Below, piece by piece: positions 26,251 to 32,000 of a stretch of 32,000 bases of DNA; position 1 is the first letter of the stretch; every line of letters begins with the position of its first letter. The position numbers and the translations under genes are program-made. Source of the DNA: Candidatus Hermodarchaeota archaeon (GTDB lineage: Archaea > Asgardarchaeota > Heimdallarchaeia > Hodarchaeales > Hodarchaeaceae); contig JBHLKY010000020.1 of NCBI GenBank assembly GCA_048886185.1, positions 12,392 to 44,391 of the forward strand, read 5' to 3'. The notes below the pieces were generated by a model, which saw only the letters and a program-made list of their open reading frames with translations, had not been told where the DNA came from and did no database searches.

Positions 26251-27255
26251 TTATTTCTTCCAATCGAAAATTACACCGATATACTCATCCTTATTATTTT
26301 TTAATCCCTCATATGCTTCTTTACACTTCGAGGGGGATAATTTATGAGTGATAAGACTAGAAACATTCAATTTTTTATCTTCTAATAATTGAAAGATAAT
26401 TTCTAAATTTCTTTCAATAGAGTGTTTTGATACTGAATTTCTATTAATAGGAAAACGCCATTCAAGTGCTCCCTTAATCGTAATACATCCGTGTGAAATG
26501 AGATGACTTCGGTTGAGAAATTCTGTTAAATTACTTTGATATTCACCCCTTGGACTTCCAAGCAGAATAAGTTCTCCTAATTCACCAGCACAATTAATTG
26601 CCTGTTCAGCTACCGATGGGATACCAGTCGCTTCAATTACTGACCTACATTTTTCCCCATTAGTAATAGCAAATATTCTATCATTAATATTAACTTCCAA
26701 GGGATTAATAACATGCTTTATTCCACACATTTTAGCTAAGTCTAGTCTTGACTTGGAAATATCAATTCCTATTACTTCACAGCCACAAAGAGTAAAAAAT
26801 TGAGCGGATAAATTTCCAACGAGTCCTAAACCGAATACTGAAATATAATCACCAAGCTCAGCCTGTGAAACGCGATTCGCAGTGATTGAAACCGCAGCTA
26901 TCCTAGATACAACAGCATCTAGACTACTTAAAGTGTCTGGTACTGGAAGAGTGAGTACTGAGGTTAACCCATGGCTAGCATGTTTACCAAAGGTGAAAAC
27001 ACGATCCCCTGATTTAAAGTGTCTGATTGACTTACCAATCGCAATCACTTCTCCAACGGATCCATATCCTGGTACAAATGGTAAAGAAGCCCATGATTCA
27101 ATACCCTCAAGTATTGCTAGCTCAGTCCCAGCGCTTATAATACTGAATTCTGTTTCTATGGCAATGTCATTATTCCCCAGATTCCTGAAATTAAACTCAA
27201 ATTCTTCTAGTTTGACTACACCTGGTGAGGAAATAATGATCTGTTGAGCTTTCAT
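26251..27255 (-). CDS. MDR-family dehydrogenase, subgroup lacking the usual catalytic-Zn motifs (BchC/YcjQ-like)
   Basis: ISAGTE and PGYGSVGEV replace the usual C.. and GHE motifs. Rossmann motif VFGLGLVG and VIEATG are present. Confidence 0.85.
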   Translation of the reverse strand: MKAQQIIISSPGVVKLEEFEFNFRNLGNNDIAIETEFSIISAGTELAILEGIESWASLPFVPGYGSVGEVIAIGKSIRHFKSGDRVFTFGKHASHGLTSVLTLPVPDTLSSLDAVVSRIAAVSITANRVSQAELGDYISVFGLGLVGNLSAQFFTLCGCEVIGIDISKSRLDLAKMCGIKHVINPLEVNINDRIFAITNGEKCRSVIEATGIPSVAEQAINCAGELGELILLGSPRGEYQSNLTEFLNRSHLISHGCITIKGALEWRFPINRNSVSKHSIERNLEIIFQLLEDKKLNVSSLITHKLSPSKCKEAYEGLKNNKDEYIGVIFDWKK

Positions 27256-27295
27256 TTTTCAATCACCCATATCATCCAAAATGTGAAATAATTTG

Positions 27296-28162
27296 TCAGA
27301 ATTCTTCCTTGTCAGGTTTTATTATAAGGCAAATCCGTTTAATAAGATGATCCATAACTATCTGTGCTAATTTTGGAAATAGGAATATTTGACCATCTTT
27401 TTCAAATTGTCTCAAGCAGCGCTCTAATCCCACTTTTCTCAATGCTTCATATCTTTCCCCACCAAACTTGAGATAACCTCCTAATCCTCCTAAAACGGGC
27501 CATTTTTTCAAAGCAGCTTGTTTATCCTTTTTAATATAATTATTCATTTGATAGAACTTTCCATAATCGATCCCACTATATAATGTTGCAACTGAGTGTT
27601 CAATGGTATCTGCATGTCCCCCAGTTTTCACTGCTATTGAATAAGCGTTGTAAGTTTCTTTGGAGAAATTTTGTGATTCAAGAACTTCATCTATATCCAC
27701 CTCATATGTATTAATAAACATTAAGTCAGATAAATCAAATGTAGTCTTCAACTCTTTCCAAATAGGGAATTTATCTATTCCATAATTTCCGCCATGGCCA
27801 TTAATAATGACTACCTTGGAAAAATTTATTCCTCTTTCTTTAAGAATCCTACAATGATACTCTATGTAGGCTCCGCTTTTATTCACACATTCTTCCATTG
27901 GTATGTAAGCAGGACTCCAATCAAATGCAATATCTCCCACTTGATCAGTTGTATAAGGGATATGGGCAATAAATTTGGATCCAGATTGTTCAGATACATG
28001 ATAAGCAACGAAATTCGCACAGCGACTATCATTATCAGTTGATAGTGCTGGGCCATGTCCTTCACAGGGATTTCCCATCGAAAAAATTAATGTACTTGAA
28101 CTTTCTAACCCAAATGGCCCCCAATCACTCATTTTACCTTTTAGATTTAAAAAATCACTCAT
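27296..28162 (-). CDS. Creatininase/ArfB-like metal-dependent amidohydrolase
   Basis: E-x-H-x8-D (EGHGPALSTDND), INGHGGN and GGHADTIE ligand pattern. Confidence 0.78.
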   Translation of the reverse strand: MSDFLNLKGKMSDWGPFGLESSSTLIFSMGNPCEGHGPALSTDNDSRCANFVAYHVSEQSGSKFIAHIPYTTDQVGDIAFDWSPAYIPMEECVNKSGAYIEYHCRILKERGINFSKVVIINGHGGNYGIDKFPIWKELKTTFDLSDLMFINTYEVDIDEVLESQNFSKETYNAYSIAVKTGGHADTIEHSVATLYSGIDYGKFYQMNNYIKKDKQAALKKWPVLGGLGGYLKFGGERYEALRKVGLERCLRQFEKDGQIFLFPKLAQIVMDHLIKRICLIIKPDKEEF

Positions 28163-28209
28163 TTTTAATCTTTCCTTTTCATTGTAGAATTATTAACTTT
28201 GGAAGAAAT

Positions 28210-29157
28210 TCATAGGCTATAAATAAAACTAATTATCCCCATAGTTGCTACAACTACTCCAAGAAATCGGACTGCTAGTGTTTTCTTATCAAAGGGTTCT
28301 TGAAGGGCTTTCCGAAGAGTTTTATTTTGTGCAATGAGAATCATGAATATAAAAACAAATAACCCTTCTAAAGCAGTAATAGCTTCAGTAATAGTTAAAG
28401 ATTCCCCTATAGCAAGAGTCGTGGTAATATCTGCAATCATTATCAGAGCTACATATAATATGGCCTGGGAAACTAATTTTAGGTTTCCTACGGTTTCTTT
28501 TAAGGATTTTTTATCTCCAATTTTTCTATTTAAGAATGGATATAACAAAAGAGTGGCAAATAGCAAAAATGTTAAACGGAGTACAAGTTGAGTGAGAACA
28601 TTAATTTGATTGCTAAGTAGACGAATAAACGCATTTCCTATAGCAAAAAAGATAACTGCTATGACAAACCATCCTGATCCACTGGATTTAAAAAGAAAAA
28701 TCTCCTCTAATCCCAACTCTCTCTCCCATGATACCATTAGAACTCCTATGAACACTAGTATAATAAAAAGATATGAATTGAAAGGAAAACGCTCATTTAG
28801 AAATAACCATGCTAAGATAATACTAACTATTACTCGTGAAGAAATTATCACTCCTCCAGCTGATACATTTCCCCGATGTAAGCCAATATAAAAAGTAACC
28901 AATCCAGCAAAAATAGCTATCGCAGAACAGAATATAATAAAAATACTGTTAATGGATAGATTTTCAGTCATCTCTGAATCAAGCAATAAAAGATTTGGGA
29001 GATAAATAAATAATAAAAGTATATAATTAATTACTATTTGAAGAAATAACATGTGAATTGGATTTTTAATTTGAGAGAGAACTAATTTACTGTACACGAA
29101 ACTTATTGAAATAACAACGGTTCCAATAAAAGCCAATAGGATAAACACTGGATCCAT
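28210..29157 (-). CDS. EamA/DMT-family transporter
   Basis: About 10 hydrophobic segments in two repeats, with LAWLFLNERF at the end of the first repeat. Confidence 0.82.
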   Translation of the reverse strand: MDPVFILLAFIGTVVISISFVYSKLVLSQIKNPIHMLFLQIVINYILLLFIYLPNLLLLDSEMTENLSINSIFIIFCSAIAIFAGLVTFYIGLHRGNVSAGGVIISSRVIVSIILAWLFLNERFPFNSYLFIILVFIGVLMVSWERELGLEEIFLFKSSGSGWFVIAVIFFAIGNAFIRLLSNQINVLTQLVLRLTFLLFATLLLYPFLNRKIGDKKSLKETVGNLKLVSQAILYVALIMIADITTTLAIGESLTITEAITALEGLFVFIFMILIAQNKTLRKALQEPFDKKTLAVRFLGVVVATMGIISFIYSL

Positions 29158-29364
29158 GAAGATTCTTCCCTTTCAATATCATTTAGAGATTGTTAAAAAG
29201 ATAATTTTTGTTTTCATTTATGTTTCGAGTTTCATATTTCTGATTTTAATCCTATTAGCTTTTTATTATAAATCTCCATTGAAATATCAGGAACGGTTAA
29301 AGACCCTAACATTTGCAATGCCAACAAAATAGCTATTACAAGCGTTATAGGAAGCCTGTAAAAT

Positions 29365-29895
29365 TTGACTGATCAAAAAAAGGTTCAATTGATGATATGG
29401 GAGTTAGAGAATGGTTTTCAAGAATTAATACACACCTTGGAAGGAATTAGTAAGGAAGAAGCGCAATGGAAACCGTCTTATCACTCTAGAACATTGGAAA
29501 TTATCAAACAATGGAATATAAAAGGAGATGAATGGATATTATCTCAAAATTTGGATCCTATCTCCACAATTGAATATAAGGTCATTCACTTAGCCCAATG
29601 TAAGCAGATGTATAACGAATATGCTTTTAAAGAAGGCATCTTGAAATGGAGTGACCTTGAAAGTCCCGAATGGCCAAACAGTCTCGTTTATTTAAACCAA
29701 ACTCAAATAGAATTGGTAGATAGTCTTCAAAATCTAATTGACGATCAATTAGATACATTAGTTCCTACAAACTGGGGGGATTCATGGACAATTAAGCAAA
29801 TTATCTCAACAATGATTCATCACGATGCGTATCATTTTGGCCAGATTTGCACCATAAGGAGTCTCTATAAAATAATGAATAGGAATGGACTTTAA
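29365..29895 (+). CDS. DinB/YfiT-family metalloprotein
   Basis: VIHLAQC and IHHDAYHFGQI form the His-triad pattern, with W..KP near the N-terminus. TTG start. Confidence 0.8.
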   Translation: MTDQKKVQLMIWELENGFQELIHTLEGISKEEAQWKPSYHSRTLEIIKQWNIKGDEWILSQNLDPISTIEYKVIHLAQCKQMYNEYAFKEGILKWSDLESPEWPNSLVYLNQTQIELVDSLQNLIDDQLDTLVPTNWGDSWTIKQIISTMIHHDAYHFGQICTIRSLYKIMNRNGL

Positions 29896-29983
29896 AATAG
29901 TATATGGAAACAAATATCTCCATAGGTTTTAATATTCATGATTAAATACCCTATAAAGTTATTAACTATAGTTTTATAGTTTT

Positions 29984-30019
29984 TCTTCGAGCTAGAGTAT
30001 ATCTTCGGCTAGAAATATA
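29984..30019. repeat. Imperfect 18-bp tandem duplication
   Basis: TCTTCGAGCTAGAGTATA is followed directly by TCTTCGGCTAGAAATATA. Confidence 0.55.
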
Positions 30020-30060
30020 ATGATCCGAAATCTAGTGATGTTCTCTGAGATATCTTTAAG

Positions 30061-30741
30061 ATGCTTGAAACTATTATTCTTTTTATGAAATCAGAATATG
30101 TAAATCTATTAGCAAAAATAATCTGGAATTATCATCATATGAATCACAAGCTCGAGAAATCTGATTGTATTTTAGTTCTTGGGAGTCATGATGTACGAGT
30201 TGCTGAATATGCAGCCAGTCTATTTCTTGAAGGTTGGGCTCCAATTATTATTTTTTCCGGAGGAATTCGTAGTAAAAACGATTTATTAAAGACTGATTGG
30301 AATGAACCAGAAGCGGAGGTGTTTGCAAAAATAGCTATAAATATGGGAATTTCTAAAGACAGAATAATTATTGAGAATAAAGCTACAAATACAGGAGAAA
30401 ACATTCTCTATACTAAGAAAATCTTACAGGGTAAGAATATTGATCCCAAGAAGATAATTGTTGTTCAAAAACCATATATGGAGAGAAGAGCGTATACAAC
30501 TTTTAAAAAAATTTGGCCAGAAAAGGAAATAATTCTGACATCTCCTCCAATTGATTTTGAAGAATATCCCAATAAGGAAATTGTGAAAGAAGATGTAATT
30601 AATATTCTTGTTGGAGATCTACAAAGAATCAAGATTTATCCGAGTAAAGGATTTCAGATTTTTCAAGAAATTCCAAAGGATGTTTGGGAGGCTTACAAGA
30701 AGTTGGTTTCACTAGGATATACAAAACATCTTTTGAGATAA
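30061..30741 (+). CDS. YdcF/DUF218-family protein
   Basis: DCILVLGS, IIFSGG, EAE, IIENKATNTGENI and VQKPYMERRA. The start may be the ATG at 30085. Confidence 0.88.
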   Translation: MLETIILFMKSEYVNLLAKIIWNYHHMNHKLEKSDCILVLGSHDVRVAEYAASLFLEGWAPIIIFSGGIRSKNDLLKTDWNEPEAEVFAKIAINMGISKDRIIIENKATNTGENILYTKKILQGKNIDPKKIIVVQKPYMERRAYTTFKKIWPEKEIILTSPPIDFEEYPNKEIVKEDVINILVGDLQRIKIYPSKGFQIFQEIPKDVWEAYKKLVSLGYTKHLLR

Positions 30742-30937
30742 GTAAATGAGAGAATTTCATTATTTAGAAATAAAATAGACTTCAGCAAATTAATTATTTC
30801 CTTTATTTTTAAAACATGAGCAGAAATGAAAATGATATATTAAAAAAGTAAGTATATTGTATTTAATTAGTATTTTAATTTGTCAAAAAGTTAATCTGAA
30901 GGACTAATAAGTCTTATCAACATAAGGAGATATTTTT

Positions 30938-32000
30938 ATGTACTTACAAGGTGTGAATATTGGTGGTTATTTCTCACAAGTGGAAGAATTCAGTGAAGAA
31001 CATCTGGATACATTTATAACAGTTGATGATATGGAAATCATTAAGGAGTGGGGATTTAATGTTGTTAGACTACCTGTCGATTATTTTTTCTTCGAAGAAG
31101 ATGCAAAACCATTTCATTATTTGGAATATAGATTAAAATTAATTGACCAAGTGGTAAAATGGACTCAGGAAAAAAATATTTTTCTTATTTTAGATTTACA
31201 TAAAGCCCCAGGACATACTTTCGATGTTAGAGAGAGTGAAAAAAATGATCTCTGGGATCTAAACTCAGAGAATCGTGAAAGATTTTTAAAAATCTGGGAG
31301 ATGTTTTCTAACAGATATCGAACCTTAAATCACGTCATGTACGAGATCATGAACGAACCAACAGCCTCAAAAGCCTCTGATTGGTATAAGTTAGTTGAGG
31401 AAATAATTCCAATAATTAGGAAGAATGATCCAAATAAATATATTATTGTGGAATCAAACCTTTGGGGACAAGCCTCCACATTTAAGAGTATGCCGAAATT
31501 TGCTGACGAAAAAATAGTTTATAGTTTTCATTTTTATGAACCGCATGTAATCACTCATCAAATGGCTGAATGGGTTCCCTTTGTGTATAACAATATCTAT
31601 AGAAAGTATGTAAAATATCCAGGAAGGCCTGAAGGTTTAGCAAACGTGAAGAAGGAAGTTGCTAGAGTCTCCCCACAATTTGCTTCATTTTTTGAGAGAC
31701 AAGATATAAAATGGAATAAATCAGAACTTGAAAGGACAATTATTCCTGTCTTAGCTTTCAAACAGAAGTATGATGTCCCAATATTATGTGGGGAGTTCGG
31801 TTGTGTGGTAAAAGCGGATCAAGAAACCCGAAAGAACTGGCTTACTGACTTGATATCAATTCTTCATAAATATCGGATTTCTTATACTTATTGGAGTTAT
31901 AAAAACATGGATTTTGGTATTTTTGATTTTACTGAAAAATATCAAGATAATCCTAACTATTCAAAAGAAGAAAGGTTGGATAAAGCAACCCTAAAAGCGC
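30938..32000 (+). CDS. GH5 glycoside hydrolase (CelC-like endoglucanase/cellodextrinase), 3'-truncated and absent from the ORF track
   Basis: Manual translation: AAGGAG SD, then MYLQGVNIGGYFSQ...FNVVRLPVDY...LDLHKAPG...YEIMNEP (acid/base Glu)...SFHFYEP...CGEFG (nucleophile Glu)...WSYKNMDFG. No stop before the window end. Confidence 0.93.
   Translation, partial: MYLQGVNIGGYFSQVEEFSEEHLDTFITVDDMEIIKEWGFNVVRLPVDYFFFEEDAKPFHYLEYRLKLIDQVVKWTQEKNIFLILDLHKAPGHTFDVRESEKNDLWDLNSENRERFLKIWEMFSNRYRTLNHVMYEIMNEPTASKASDWYKLVEEIIPIIRKNDPNKYIIVESNLWGQASTFKSMPKFADEKIVYSFHFYEPHVITHQMAEWVPFVYNNIYRKYVKYPGRPEGLANVKKEVARVSPQFASFFERQDIKWNKSELERTIIPVLAFKQKYDVPILCGEFGCVVKADQETRKNWLTDLISILHKYRISYTYWSYKNMDFGIFDFTEKYQDNPNYSKEERLDKATLKA

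Noticed and set aside
29156-29332. 58-aa + strand ORF with a hydrophobic stretch (MKILPFQYHLEIVKKIIFVFIYVSSFIFLILILLAFYY...)
   Set aside because: Its ATG overlaps the EamA start head-to-head and it fills the divergent promoter region. T-rich DNA yields hydrophobic translations by chance.
1021-30404. The many 60-121-aa alternative-frame or antisense ORFs in the track (e.g. 7785-8099, 11040-11375, 22559-22885, 23373-23699, 26882-27247)
   Set aside because: They lie within or overlap well-supported genes and show no family motifs, so they are shadow ORFs.
1-32000. CRISPR arrays, tRNA/rRNA genes, IS elements, integrases
   Set aside because: No regularly spaced repeats, cloverleaf-like GC-rich segments, terminal inverted repeats or recombinase motifs were seen by eye. 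A covariance-model search was not run.

Overview
AT-rich, gene-dense prokaryotic window with about 26 protein-coding genes. I saw no rRNA, tRNA, CRISPR array or transposase. An archaeal origin is inferred from an archaeal/eukaryal-type GlyRS insertion, a crenarchaeal-SSB-like OB fold, GAGGTGA/GGTGA ribosome-binding sites and TTG/GTG starts. An Asgard lineage is plausible but no marker gene here proves it. Order: 5'-truncated glyQS, agmatinase, iscS-iscU-tusA, then a minus-strand run of N6-adenine MTase, ADP-ribosylglycohydrolase, PRTase and phytol/dolichol-kinase-like gene. Next come a 1149-aa GH13, CorA, an aldo-keto reductase, an M42 peptidase, an orphan SPPY MTase, a DUF3467-like protein, an APC permease with USP-like domains, an LLM oxidoreductase, a CNNM/CorB protein and a thiolase. 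A ~950-nt intergenic region follows, then a GNAT-OB fusion, an MDR dehydrogenase, a creatininase-like enzyme, EamA, DinB, YdcF and a 3'-truncated GH5 missed by the ORF track. The strongest leads: (1) the IscS has Leu at the PLP Schiff-base Lys position plus other degenerate PLP contacts, yet keeps its Cys loop and sits with intact IscU and TusA; (2) a GNAT acetyltransferase is fused to an SSB-type OB fold; (3) a nuclease-less DNA MTase is translationally coupled to an ADP-ribosylglycohydrolase and followed by a PRTase; (4) the long intergenic region holds a 21-aa Lys-rich micro-ORF with a strong SD, an SD/anti-SD hairpin and a repeated palindromic operator. All family calls come from motif recognition by eye; no database searches were run.
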